From the NCBI GenBank assembly GCA_001600695.1, contig BCKQ01000011.1:349678-413677 (forward strand): a stretch of 64,000 bases of DNA. Reading direction: 5' to 3'. This stretch comes from Ascoidea asiatica JCM 7603 (Eukaryota; Fungi; Ascomycota). The notes beneath the pieces are model-generated. The model saw only the letters and a list, made by a program, of their open reading frames with translations. It was not told the DNA's origin and did no database searches. The translations under genes were made by a program, and so were the position numbers. Below are positions 33,598-45,446 of this stretch, piece after piece (within the stretch, counting starts at the first letter, position 1; the number at the start of each line of letters is the position of its first letter).

Positions 33598-34587
33598 TTA
33601 CATTTCTTGAATTGGAAAACCACGTTTTTCTAATTCATGAACAGTCCAAAGCCAAGTATTTGCAGCATTATCAATATTTGAAGCAATTTTACTTGGTTCA
33701 GATTCTTTACCATTTGTAATAAAATATTTTCCATTATCATTTTCTGGATTTAAATCATTTGATAAAGCACATTTTAATGTTGGATAAGAACCTTGTTCAT
33801 TAGTTACACCAAAAAAATAACCAAAAATTTGAAAAAAAATCCAAAAAATTATACCAATTAATGGTAAACTTGTCCAATATGTAAATAAATTTGTATTCAT
33901 TACAAAACCTGGATGAACTGCAACACATAAAATTTTTGGATTTTTTATTGATAACATTTTAATAAATTGTATACCAGAAGTTTTTGCTAAAGCATATCTA
34001 AACCATGTAAAAATTATATTTGGATAAAAATTAAAAGTTGAATTTAAATTAAATTTTAAAAATTCAATTCTATGACCAATTGAAGATATATAAATTATTC
34101 TTGAATTATAATTATTATTAATTAAAGGTAATAATCTTTGAGTTAATAAAAAATGAGAAATATAATTAGTTTGTAATTGAATTTCAAAACCATTAATAGT
34201 TTTACTAAATGGTAAAGCCATAACACCAGCATTATTAATTAATAAATTTAAATTTTTTTCTAAAATTTTAAAATTATTTGAAGAAATTTCAATTGTATTT
34301 AAATCACATAAATCAAGATATAAAAATTTTAATTCACCACATTTTTTAATTTTTAATTCATTTTTTGAATAAAAAATTCTTCTTCTTAAAGCTTCATTTT
34401 TAATTTCATTTATTGCTTTTTCAACTCTTTTTTTATTTCTACCACCAATATAAACAATATAACCATGTAAATATAAATGTAAAACTGTAAACCAACCAAT
34501 ACCACTATTACCACCAGTTATTAAAGCAACTCTTCTATCAATATCTGGATTAATATAAGGTAATTGATCTGGATCAAAATCACTCAT
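33598..34587 (-). CDS. ENV9: Short-chain dehydrogenase/reductase Env9
   Basis: TGGNSGIGWFTVLHLYLHG, NNAGVM and YALAK (YxxxK); the N-terminus matches recalled Env9. Confidence 0.88.
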   Translation of the reverse strand: MSDFDPDQLPYINPDIDRRVALITGGNSGIGWFTVLHLYLHGYIVYIGGRNKKRVEKAINEIKNEALRRRIFYSKNELKIKKCGELKFLYLDLCDLNTIEISSNNFKILEKNLNLLINNAGVMALPFSKTINGFEIQLQTNYISHFLLTQRLLPLINNNYNSRIIYISSIGHRIEFLKFNLNSTFNFYPNIIFTWFRYALAKTSGIQFIKMLSIKNPKILCVAVHPGFVMNTNLFTYWTSLPLIGIIFWIFFQIFGYFFGVTNEQGSYPTLKCALSNDLNPENDNGKYFITNGKESEPSKIASNIDNAANTWLWTVHELEKRGFPIQEM

Positions 34588-34588
34588 C

Positions 34589-34620
<32 letters not shown>

Positions 34621-36388
34621 TTGAATATTATAAGATTAAATGAATTGAATTGAATAAATGGTTTGATTTGAAATGAAATGAATATTGAATTATAAGTAAA
34701 ATATTGAAAAAATTTAAGTGGGCGCTAAAGAATTAAAATGATAATCAATAATCAATAATCAATAATAAATAGAATTGAAAACGATAAAGAATTAAACGAA
34801 TATTGAATAAAATAAGTAGATAAAGTATTCAATTTAAATATATTTATAATAATATTGTATTATTAATAAAGAGTCGTTCGATTAAAGAAATTTCTAAATG
34901 TTTAAGCTTAAACGAGATTTTCTTTTTCTTTTTATTTTTCTTAAATTTTTATACTTTTTTTTTTATACTTTTTTAAATAAGTTACTTAATTCTCTTAAGT
35001 TATATTCTAAAAGTATGCAGATTGAGTTCTTTTAGTTGATTAATATGATTAATATGATTGGTATTACTAAATATGTTATTATTTATATTAGAGAAAATGA
35101 TTATGAATAAAGGATAAAACGACTGTAGGATTGAAAATGAAAATGAAAATGATAAAGGTGGTTGTGGTTGTGGATGTGGTTGTGGTTGATTAATAATGAA
35201 GTTGATGAAATTGGTGAATTTGAAACTGATTAAAGGGAAGTGATTGAATTCTCTACGGTTGTTTTTCATATTATTTGAGAAAATGCAAGCAATTTGATAT
35301 CATTCAGTAATAGAAACAGCAATTCAACTGCCAGTAACGCGTACACTCAGTCAACTAGCTTTCTGCGCTGTCTCGAGTCGTTTTTGGCTGTGCAGCTCAA
35401 GAAACGAGGCAGCAGCGGAAATGGAAATGGAAATGGAAATGGAAATGGATTGGGACGCGATTTGGCCGTGATTGGGAAGCAGCGTTGGGGCAGGCGGTGG
35501 GTGGAGCGCGAGGCGTCGGAAGGAGCGGCGGAGCTAGGCACTGTGATTGTTAATCATTTTATTGTTTTATTAGCATTGTCTTCGAGTATTCTGGGCTATT
35601 CTTAGACTTTCTAAGATTGCATAGATTGTTCTACGACTACATTCTATTGCGTTCTCAGAACTTCCGTGTGCATGTTAAATGTACTGGAATCTTCGTGTTT
35701 GTTCTTAGAATGACGTAGTGTCTTCTAAAACAATACTTTATTTTATTTCTTTTCTTAAGTATGGGAAGTGAACTTTTGTTTATAATTTGAATTAGATATC
35801 TTCTTAGTAATAATTAGATATTTCGTTCGAACTACAATCAGCTGCTGTTCTCCGTCTCTGGCGGCTGCGCAGTTGCCGACTCCGTCAAACAGCCTGCGAA
35901 AAACAAATCCCGTAACTAAAAAAGTTACCGACCATAAAAACTGTATCACGTGTAATAATATTTAATCTGAGACCGCTTTTATGGATGTTTAATCATTTTT
36001 TATTTCTCTATCATTTCATTGACTGTATGTTCTAATGAATTTGATGAATTTGAAGCATTTGGTGAATTTGGTGAATTTGGTGAAATATTAAAACGTTTAA
36101 AGATCAAAAGAGTTAAAAATATTAAATTAAATAATTATATTAAATAAATATAAAGGAGAGAATAAATTGTTATAATAAAAGCATAAAGCATATCAAAACT
36201 TATAAAAAAAAATACAAAAAGTACAAATTTTTTTTAATAAAAATACAAAACAGAGTCTTTTTTTTCTAAAAGACAATTACTTAAATTTCTGAAATAGAAA
36301 AATAAAAAAGAAATAAAATAAATAAAACAAAAGTAATAAATAAGTTGATTAATTATATTGTAGATTATAAATCATAAATTATATTTAT

Positions 36389-37627
36389 TTATTCAGTTTT
36401 ATTTTTATTCCAAGATAAATAACTTGAATCACCTGTTTTTCTTGGAGAAATTAAATGAATAACTAAGAAAAATATTGATAATATAAAACATATACCACCA
36501 ACAACAATCCATGCAATACCTAAAAATGAATTTTTACCACCAATTACAGATCTTGAAGATAAATAAATATATTTTTTACCATTAAAATCTTTAACAGGCC
36601 AATGTAATCCAATTACAATTTCATATGTACCTTTTTTCATAATTTCATTATCATTTCTATAATATAAATTTGAAAATGTTGGTAAAGCTGCTGCATGCAT
36701 CCAATTTTGAAATTCATACCATTTTGAAATATCTGGTATATTACTTTCATTATAACCATTTGGAAATTTTTTAATCCAATTTGGTGGTGGAGTAATTTCA
36801 TCATAATTATATTTAGTTTTTTTAAATCTATTTTTATCTGTTGACCATGAAATACCATTTTGAGTCATTAAATAATTTTCTATAGTTTTATTAATACCTT
36901 TTGGAATTGTAAAAGTATCATTAAATATTGAATTTGCAATTAAACCACATGGATAATATTTTATACCTTTTGAATTTTCACTTAATGGTTCACAATTTTC
37001 TCCAACTGTATTTTTAATTAAATCTAAACTTGCAGCTTTACCATTTAATTGATCTTCACTAAATGATGTAACATATCTTCTATGATTTGCATAAAAATTT
37101 TTTAATTTATAAAAAAAATAAATTGGTGAACCAAAATTATTTGGTATTTCAAATTGTAATTTACATAAACCATTTTCAATTTTATCTGATTCACTTTCAT
37201 TAATTGAATATTTCCATTGTGGTTTTAAATTAATATTATTTTTAAATCTATAATTATAATAAATTTCTGGAATTTCAGAATAATTATCTTCATTTGCTAA
37301 ATTTTCACAATCTGTATATTCAATTGTTAAATCTTCAACTTTATTTGAACCATATAACATTGCAGCTCCTAAAGGTATAAAAATTATTGAAATTACTAAT
37401 AATAATGGTATAACAGTTTTTGGAGTTATAATTGGATAATAAGCTTTTAATCTTTGTTGAGTAAAACTAGTTTCAATTGGTCTTCTATTTTTAACTTTTG
37501 GTTTTTTATCTAATTCATCATCTGAATCTGACATTGAATTATTATCAATATCATTTTCATTTTCATTTTCATTTTCATTTTCATTATTATTTTTATTATT
37601 ATGTTTTACACCCAATTTTTTTAACAT
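36389..37627 (-). CDS. LEM3: Cdc50/Lem3-family flippase beta subunit
   Basis: KNRRP..SFTQQRL, FYANHRRYVTSFSEDQ, YYPCGLIANSIFND and GGKNSFLG; two TM segments. Confidence 0.85.
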   Translation of the reverse strand: MLKKLGVKHNNKNNNENENENENENDIDNNSMSDSDDELDKKPKVKNRRPIETSFTQQRLKAYYPIITPKTVIPLLLVISIIFIPLGAAMLYGSNKVEDLTIEYTDCENLANEDNYSEIPEIYYNYRFKNNINLKPQWKYSINESESDKIENGLCKLQFEIPNNFGSPIYFFYKLKNFYANHRRYVTSFSEDQLNGKAASLDLIKNTVGENCEPLSENSKGIKYYPCGLIANSIFNDTFTIPKGINKTIENYLMTQNGISWSTDKNRFKKTKYNYDEITPPPNWIKKFPNGYNESNIPDISKWYEFQNWMHAAALPTFSNLYYRNDNEIMKKGTYEIVIGLHWPVKDFNGKKYIYLSSRSVIGGKNSFLGIAWIVVGGICFILSIFFLVIHLISPRKTGDSSYLSWNKNKTE

Positions 37628-38291
37628 TTTGAAAAAATCTATATCAAAATGATATCTTTATATATCTATTTATATATAAAAATATATGAAGATATTTATA
37701 TATAAAATATATAAAATGCCTAAGTGATAAATAAATAAGACCTTTTTAAGTTGTTTTATCTTTTAATATTTTTCTTTTGAATTAATATTTATGAATATAT
37801 CTATGAATATTTAATATTTTAATATTTCAATCAGTAATGAAATATATTGATAATATTGATATTGATATTGATATTGATATTGATAATGGTAGCGTAGAGT
37901 AAGTAAGTAATGACAAAGCACGGGTTAAAAAGATAGATAAATGGATAGCTATTGAAGTGATGGAAATAAAGCCTCCATCCGTGAAGCCCGGGAAGGGGTA
38001 CCACAAGAATGGTCTCTGTTAGATCAAAATCACATTTTATTACGTAATGTACTGGATATAAATAAATAATTAATTAATTCATTTATATCTATTTAATTTA
38101 TTTTGTTTATGTTTATGTTTATTTTTATTTATATTTTTATAGAATAATTACAGAAAAGAAAATGAGCAAGGAAAGATAAAGAGAAGTTAAGATAAAGTAA
38201 AGTAAATAAGAAAGACTTGAGAGAATATAAAGAATTGAAAAGGAACTGAAATGAAATAGAGTAGTAATCCATCAATTAAATAATGAAGAAA

Positions 38292-38639
38292 TTAATAATT
38301 AATTGTTGATAAAAACTGCTGTTTTGCAAAAGGTATTGAAATATTTGATTCATTTGAATTTAAAGAATTTGTTGAATTAATTGAATATTTTCTATTTTTA
38401 AAACAATTATTAATATTTTTATAATCATAATTATTATTATTATTATCATCACTTTCATAATCACTTTCAGAAGATATATTTTCCATAATACTACCTAATG
38501 AATACCTTTTAATTGAATTTAAATTATTTAAATCATTTGAAATATTAACTAATACAGGTTTTGATTCTTCATTACCTAAACAAAGATATTTAACAGATTC
38601 ACCATTGATATTATAACCTTTAGTATATTGAGATAACAT
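38292..38639 (-). CDS. Small protein (115 aa), possibly Spo24-like
   Basis: ATG start and codon/Asn style typical of real genes here; upstream TATA-like tract; PKA-like KRYS and RKYS sites. Confidence 0.6.
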   Translation of the reverse strand: MLSQYTKGYNINGESVKYLCLGNEESKPVLVNISNDLNNLNSIKRYSLGSIMENISSESDYESDDNNNNNYDYKNINNCFKNRKYSINSTNSLNSNESNISIPFAKQQFLSTINY

Positions 38640-39094
38640 TTTAATTATAATTATTATAGTAAATAGAATATTTGTAATTATATTGAAATTTAATTGAATG
38701 TAATAAAATTGAATAATTTTTTAAATAATATTAAAGAATTAATAATTAATAATTAAAAATTAAAAATTAAAAATTTAATTTAAATTGAATATTTAAGTTA
38801 TATTTATATAAAAATTTAAATAGATTAAATACATTATTGTTACTTATTATAGTTAAGATTTTTTGAATGATATTAATGATTCGATCATTATTAGTAACTT
38901 TATTAATTTCAATCAATAAAAGGGAAGTCTAGTTCATTATTTCCATTATTTCCATTAAATTCATAAAATAGATATAAAATATATATAAAATATATATAAA
39001 ATAATCATAGAGTATAGAAACTAATAGTTAATAAAGTAGTTAATGACTTGAATTGAGTTCATTTACTAAGAAGGTTCAGTAGTCGAATAATCCG

Positions 39095-39312
39095 TGAGTC
39101 ACTCTGGTATACATTATTAAAAGAGTTAATGTTAAAGAGATGAGCACTTAAATTCTTTGGTTATTTCGTGATCAAAAAAGTGTGTAAAATGAGCATTGTA
39201 AATGATTAATTTTAGTGACATCAAAATACTTCATTTTTTATTAATTAGATTAAATATTATATTTATGTTATATTTATGTTATTATTCTTTTAAATGTCAC
39301 ATAAATGAGTCA
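39095..39312. promoter_or_regulatory. Two Gcn4/AP-1 sites TGAGTCA
   Basis: Exact matches at 39095 and 39306, upstream of the 115-aa ORF. Confidence 0.5.
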
Positions 39313-41508
39313 AATCAATAAAATATTTAATTTAAATTCGATACGATATCAATAATTCATTTGAAAATTATGAAAATTATGAAAATTATGAAATTTATGA
39401 AAATTATGAAAATTTATGAAATTAAATACCGTTATTAGTTTTAAATTAATTGTAAACCCTTTTAGAAACCTGAAAAGATTCATAATTTCAAAAGGTTCAA
39501 ACTAATAAAATTGTTCAAAAGGTTTATAATTGAGAAAATATCCGAATTTTTCATAAAAAGATATTCTTATCAATAGTTTCAGATACTGATCCTATGATAA
39601 AGTAATAATCTAATGAACTACCTTGATTGATTATTCAATTATCAATTATCAATTATCAATTCTTCAATTATTCAGTTATTCAATTATCGAAGAGAAGTTA
39701 TTTCATTTTTTCATTTCCTACTTTTGAATATCAGTTTTTAATTTATTAGACTTATTCGTCCTAATTATTTACCCTAATTGTTTATCCTAAATATGTTGTC
39801 CTAAATAGTTTTTTTTTCAAATTTTTCGGGACAGCTATTACACGTGATTAAATTATTAAAAGTCAAAACCCATGAACATGGATCTAAGAGTGGCTTAATA
39901 TCCATTGAGTTTATAGTTGCGGTTTGCGTAAGTCGTTCGCCTCGAATTTTACCATTGCGGGCAGTTTTAAAAAAAAACATTACGGTGTACCGTTAGTTAG
40001 TTTGTTCGTGATGAGAAATTAAAATACAGTATAGTGTATAAAAAGACAGGGAATAAGCAATTGAATAAACAAATTCAACCAAGTTCACCGAACTTCAAGC
40101 TGTCCCTACACAGCTATATCCTGTCCCTACGCAGAAGTGCGTGAATTTTTTTTCCCTTTCTTCCCTTTTTTCCCTTTTTTCAGTAAATAAGTGTAGATCA
40201 ATTTCATTAAGATCCTAAGAAGACTTTCAAACCTACATACGAAGAGCCAAATAATTGTAAAATTAATAAAATTGTACGCTTTACTGATATTTGTTACGCT
40301 CGTTTTAAATCTTTGTTGCGCATTAATGATTTTTTCTTGGACATTTGAATGCGTATTGATGCTCTTTAGTGTGGTGGTGGTCACTTAAGGTTAACAGGGC
40401 AATTTCATTTTTACAAGGTTCTTGTTGTTAGGGTTATTTATATGAATCTATAAATTATATAAGAATTATATAAGAATTTTATATATATTTTAAATTTAGG
40501 CAATTTTCAGGCAATTTCGAGGCATCGGTAGACGTTTCTGGGCATTTTGTATCCTGAAGAGAAATTTAGCTCTGGATTTAGAAGTGGATTTAGCTCTGAG
40601 TTTAGTTTAGCTCTGGATTTAGCTGTAGAGCAAGTTGAATTGGTGTTGGTTCAATTGACCTGTGAATTTTGAGAAGAAAAATTGATTGTTTTTATTGAAG
40701 GTGTTCCAGAACTAATGAAGTTTTCTGTTTTTCTTGTTTTCTGTGAGTGTTGTTGGCGTAGTGGCAAGGCTGTTTGTGGCTAATGATGGCGCACCGCCGG
40801 ATGAATCCCTAAAAGTGCGCTGGCTGCACGAGGTTTGCAGAGTCGGAACTGCAGACTCTGGTGAATTGTCCCAAGTACAACCACAACCACAACCACAAAC
40901 AGAACTAGAACTCGAGCTAACCAGAGTTTCTTTATTTCATCTTGATTTTGAAGTTCAATCAATTCATCAATTCTCAAAAAAAGTAAATGTAAAAATCTTA
41001 AATAATCAATGAAACAAGCTTGCAAAAACATATCTAAACTTTTTTGAATGAGTGATATAATAAAATTGACTTAAAAATGATCATAAAATACGTCTCTATC
41101 GTCATTTATTTATTTATTTCTTTCTTGATTTATTTATCTATTTATCTATTTATCTATTTATTCATCTATTTATCTTTACTAATCAATTGAATATTCAAGT
41201 TTATAATTTATGATTTATAATTTTGTAAATGTTTCAATTTAATTTTTAAATATTTAGTTTCAAGCTTCAAAATTACGTTGATATCTAATTTGGAAATAAC
41301 AAGCTTATATTTTAATATAATTTATTATATAATATAAATTTATATACTAAACCAATATAATTCATTATAATTTGATATGAATTGTTATAAATTATGTATA
41401 TAAATTGACATTAAAATAACGATCAATCACTTTTTTTCCTGCTTCTTTTTGTTATTTTCTTCTTTTGGTATTGTTTTCTTTTGATTATTATTGTTCTTTT
41501 TCTTCTTT

Positions 41509-41522
41509 TTCTTCTTCTTCTT

Positions 41523-41552
<30 letters not shown>
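41509..41552. repeat. (TTC)n microsatellite, ~14 units
   Basis: Directly visible. Confidence 0.9.
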
Positions 41553-41553
<1 letters not shown>

Positions 41554-42626
41554 TTGTTTTTGTATTCTTTGTTTATTTTCTTTTCAAAGTATTATTGTTT
41601 ATGTTGTTTGTAAAGAGTAATTCATAATCTGTAATTTGTAAAACGTAAATTGAATTTTGTAAAAAAGTAATTTGTATGGCCTTTATGCTTTTTCTATCAC
41701 ACTCCACTCACTACCACTTCCACTTCCACTTCCACTACTAAAGTTTCTCTATTTACTTCCACCCACTTTTAATCTTATTTTTCACTAAAAAACTTTGTAT
41801 TCATATTAAATATTAGCTATTAAATATTAAATATTAAATATTAAATATTATAATTATTTATTTTTTAGTACGAAGTAAAATTTATTTCATTTATTTCATT
41901 TATTTCATTTACTTAACATACTGTATCTATTATAATTATTTTATAAAGGAAAACTTTTTATTTAAATACTTTAATATATCCCTAATCTCATATTTTCTTA
42001 TTTTATATATCTAATTCTTTTCATTATCTTTTATTTATTATTATTTATTATTGATTGCTTAATATATTAAACAAAATAACAATCATTTACCTTTTGTATT
42101 TCATCCCTTATTATAACTTATATAATATATTCAATATATTTAATATATTTGATATAATAAGAAGATATAATATTTATATTCTATTCATTATCACAATCAT
42201 TTACGCTTAATATAATCATAATCATAATCATAATCATAATCATAATCATTATCTTATTATATAATCAATCTTAATATCAATATCATTATCAACAGTAACA
42301 AAATTAATAATCATTTAAAGTTAAAATTTTTCAAAAAGTATTCATTCTCTTACTTTTATTTATAAATATTAACTAATTTATCTTAATTAATAATAAATAA
42401 CCTATCTTCAATCTAATCACTTTCAATCTTTCAATCTTTCAATATATAATATATAATATATAATATATAATATATATCAATTATATATTTCATACCAATT
42501 TCATTCACATTTCATTCTTTATTCAATTAATCCATTCTTTATCATATCCTTCATTCCTTAATTCATCATTATTTCTTACTTTCATTCTTTCATTCATCAA
42601 TTCATCAAAATTAATACATTTCAATA

Positions 42627-45446
42627 ATGGGCGCTTTAAAAAAATATACTTGTATGAATTATTTATCTTCAACTCCAAAAATATCTCATACAAATAATTC
42701 TTCATTATCTTCTACAAATACAAATAATACTTCAAATTCAAATAATACTTCAAATACAAATAATAATAATAATAATAATAATTTTAATAATATAAATAAT
42801 TTAAATTCAAGTCCATTATCAATAGCTTATTCAAATTCAAATCCAAATAATAATGATAATAATGATAATAATAATGATAATAATATTAATGATTCAAATT
42901 TAACACCAAATCCTTCAAATACAGCTATTGAATCTCAAAATTTTAATTTTTTATCACCAAAACCAATTTTTTCAAATTCAAATCATAATTCAATTCAATT
43001 ACAATCTTCAATTTCAAATACAATTTCAAAAACTTTTGAAAAATCAAATTCTTTATCAATTACAAAATTAAAAAAAGAATTAAAAAATTTTAAAAAAACA
43101 AATCAAATTAAAGATAATTTATTAAAAAAACAAGAAAAAGAAATAAAATCTTTAAATAAATCTTTAAAAAATTTAAATTCAAAAATTAATTCTGTTGATA
43201 ATTTAAATTTAAAAATTGAAAATTTAAATGATCAATTAAATTTTCAAAAAAAAATTAATATTGAATTATTATCAAATAATAATAATTGCAATAATAATAA
43301 TAATAAATCTTTAACCGCCAATACAAATATAAATTCAAATTCAAATTCAAATTCAAATTCAAATACTGATAATTTTTTAAAATTAGATTTAACTTCAACT
43401 AATCTTTCCTGTTTTTTAAATCCAGTAATAATTAATGATTCTTCTGAATTATCTTCAATTGATTTAACTTCAAATATAACAAATATTGAAAAAAATGATA
43501 ATTTAAATTCTTCAAATAATGAAACAAAATCTTTATTACATCTTTATGAACAAACAAATATAATATTATTAACAAAATTAAATGAAAAAGAAAAAGAAAT
43601 TTTAAAATTAAATCAAATTAATCAATTTTTAAATAATCAAATTTCTGATTTAAAAGATAATTATTTATTTAATATTAAAAATTCAATTCATATTGATTAT
43701 CAAAATCAATCTCAAATTTCAAGATTACCTTCAATAATTGAATCATCAAAATTAAAACCTTCAAATAATAATAATACTTATTTAGATAATTATAATCATA
43801 ATTATACAAATAGTTCAAATGAAATTGATGATGATAATTCCGTTTTTAGTTTTATAAATTTTGATAAATCTTCAAATCTGACTAATAATAATACAACTGT
43901 TTCAAATATAAATAATTCATCTTCTTCAAATTGTTCTTCTCAAAATATTGATAAATTTAATTTATTACCTTTAAATTCAAATTCAAGTTCAAGTTTAAAT
44001 GAAAAATTATTACCAATAACTCCAAGTTTAAAAAATAGATCAACTTTTTTATCTGATTCTATAAGTCATAATACAATTAATTCAAATAATTTCATTGAAG
44101 ATGATAATCAATCTTTATTATCTTTAAATAAAAATCCAATTATTGATACTCCTCAATCTTTACCTCCAGTTCTGCAAACTCATCATTCATTAGTTAATAT
44201 TCCAAAATTAAAAATTCCAAAAATTCATCATGCTAATTCAATCTCTAATTTTAATAATTATCCTGATAGATCTTCTTCAATTTTATCTTCTCCCATTTCT
44301 ATTTTTAAAGAAAATAATAATAATAATAATAAATCAATTGATTCTAGAAGTACAAAAGATTCTTTAAGAAGACGCCTGTCTCTTAGATTAACTCCAAAAG
44401 CAAGTATGAGAACTTTAAAAAGTAAAAAACTTATATTTGATAATAATAAGCCTTTACCTTCAGCTCCAGCTTTAGCAACAAATACTTTTGAAACTATTGA
44501 TAATAATAATAATCATTTAGATAGTCATAAAGAAGTTGAAGAAGAAAACTTTGAAAAAAATTCAAATAATGATAATGAAAAAAATAAAACAGAATCTATT
44601 ACTTCCAAAACAGAAATGATTGATGCTTCTTCACAGGTTGAAGATGAATTAGATTTTAATGAAGAACTAGATTTACATGATGAAACTTTAGATACTATTA
44701 GTACGCTTGAAACAGCCAAATCTAGTAGTGTTGAAAATACAGAAACTCAAAGTTCTTCATTAAACAATAATGCTGAGGAAAATAAAGAAGAAAATGACAA
44801 TAAGAATGATGATAACAATGATGATGATGAAGAAGAAGATAATGATGATGATGATGATCAAGAGAGTATTAATGAAAGGGGAAATAAAAGAAGATCCAAA
44901 TATCATAGTGCTATTTTAGCTATTGATGTTGAAACACTTCCAAATTCAAAAGTTCCTCCTACTCCTATTAGTGAATCAGAATCTTCTCAAAATTCAATTA
45001 TTTCTGTAGATAAAGGATCAACATTATCAAATATTTCATCTCCTGAAAATGATCAAAGTAATAATAAAATTTTATTTGAAAATGAAAGTCAAATAGAAAA
45101 AAAAGATAATAAAGAAAGTGAAGTTATAAAAAAACTTGATAATTTAGATAATTTAGATAATACTGATAAAAAGGAAATTGTTGAAGTTAAAGAATCAAAA
45201 CATATTAAAACTCCAGTCAGATATCTGAATTATAATAGTAGAAATAATAGTCCTATTAATATTAATTCATCAAAAAATTCAATATTTGTTAATAATCTTA
45301 AAAAATTTGAACAATTAAGTAAATTAAATGAAGGATCTGCAACTACTAATACGCAATTTCCTATCTCTCCAAGATTTAGATTAAGATCAGTTTCCAATAG
45401 AAATTCAAGATTAATGGATGCCCCAGTTATCAATAAACAATTTTGA
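42627..45446 (+). CDS. Hypothetical Asn/Ser-rich protein with two coiled-coil segments and an acidic tract
   Basis: 939-codon ORF; heptad-like stretches (LKKELKNFKK..., LNEKEKEILKLNQ...); no family recognised. Confidence 0.85.
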   Translation: MGALKKYTCMNYLSSTPKISHTNNSSLSSTNTNNTSNSNNTSNTNNNNNNNNFNNINNLNSSPLSIAYSNSNPNNNDNNDNNNDNNINDSNLTPNPSNTAIESQNFNFLSPKPIFSNSNHNSIQLQSSISNTISKTFEKSNSLSITKLKKELKNFKKTNQIKDNLLKKQEKEIKSLNKSLKNLNSKINSVDNLNLKIENLNDQLNFQKKINIELLSNNNNCNNNNNKSLTANTNINSNSNSNSNSNTDNFLKLDLTSTNLSCFLNPVIINDSSELSSIDLTSNITNIEKNDNLNSSNNETKSLLHLYEQTNIILLTKLNEKEKEILKLNQINQFLNNQISDLKDNYLFNIKNSIHIDYQNQSQISRLPSIIESSKLKPSNNNNTYLDNYNHNYTNSSNEIDDDNSVFSFINFDKSSNLTNNNTTVSNINNSSSSNCSSQNIDKFNLLPLNSNSSSSLNEKLLPITPSLKNRSTFLSDSISHNTINSNNFIEDDNQSLLSLNKNPIIDTPQSLPPVLQTHHSLVNIPKLKIPKIHHANSISNFNNYPDRSSSILSSPISIFKENNNNNNKSIDSRSTKDSLRRRLSLRLTPKASMRTLKSKKLIFDNNKPLPSAPALATNTFETIDNNNNHLDSHKEVEEENFEKNSNNDNEKNKTESITSKTEMIDASSQVEDELDFNEELDLHDETLDTISTLETAKSSSVENTETQSSSLNNNAEENKEENDNKNDDNNDDDEEEDNDDDDDQESINERGNKRRSKYHSAILAIDVETLPNSKVPPTPISESESSQNSIISVDKGSTLSNISSPENDQSNNKILFENESQIEKKDNKESEVIKKLDNLDNLDNTDKKEIVEVKESKHIKTPVRYLNYNSRNNSPININSSKNSIFVNNLKKFEQLSKLNEGSATTNTQFPISPRFRLRSVSNRNSRLMDAPVINKQF

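Noticed and set aside
42627-45446. Alternative CUG decoding
   Set aside because: The few CTG codons I noticed lie in unalignable regions, so the genetic code cannot be inferred here.
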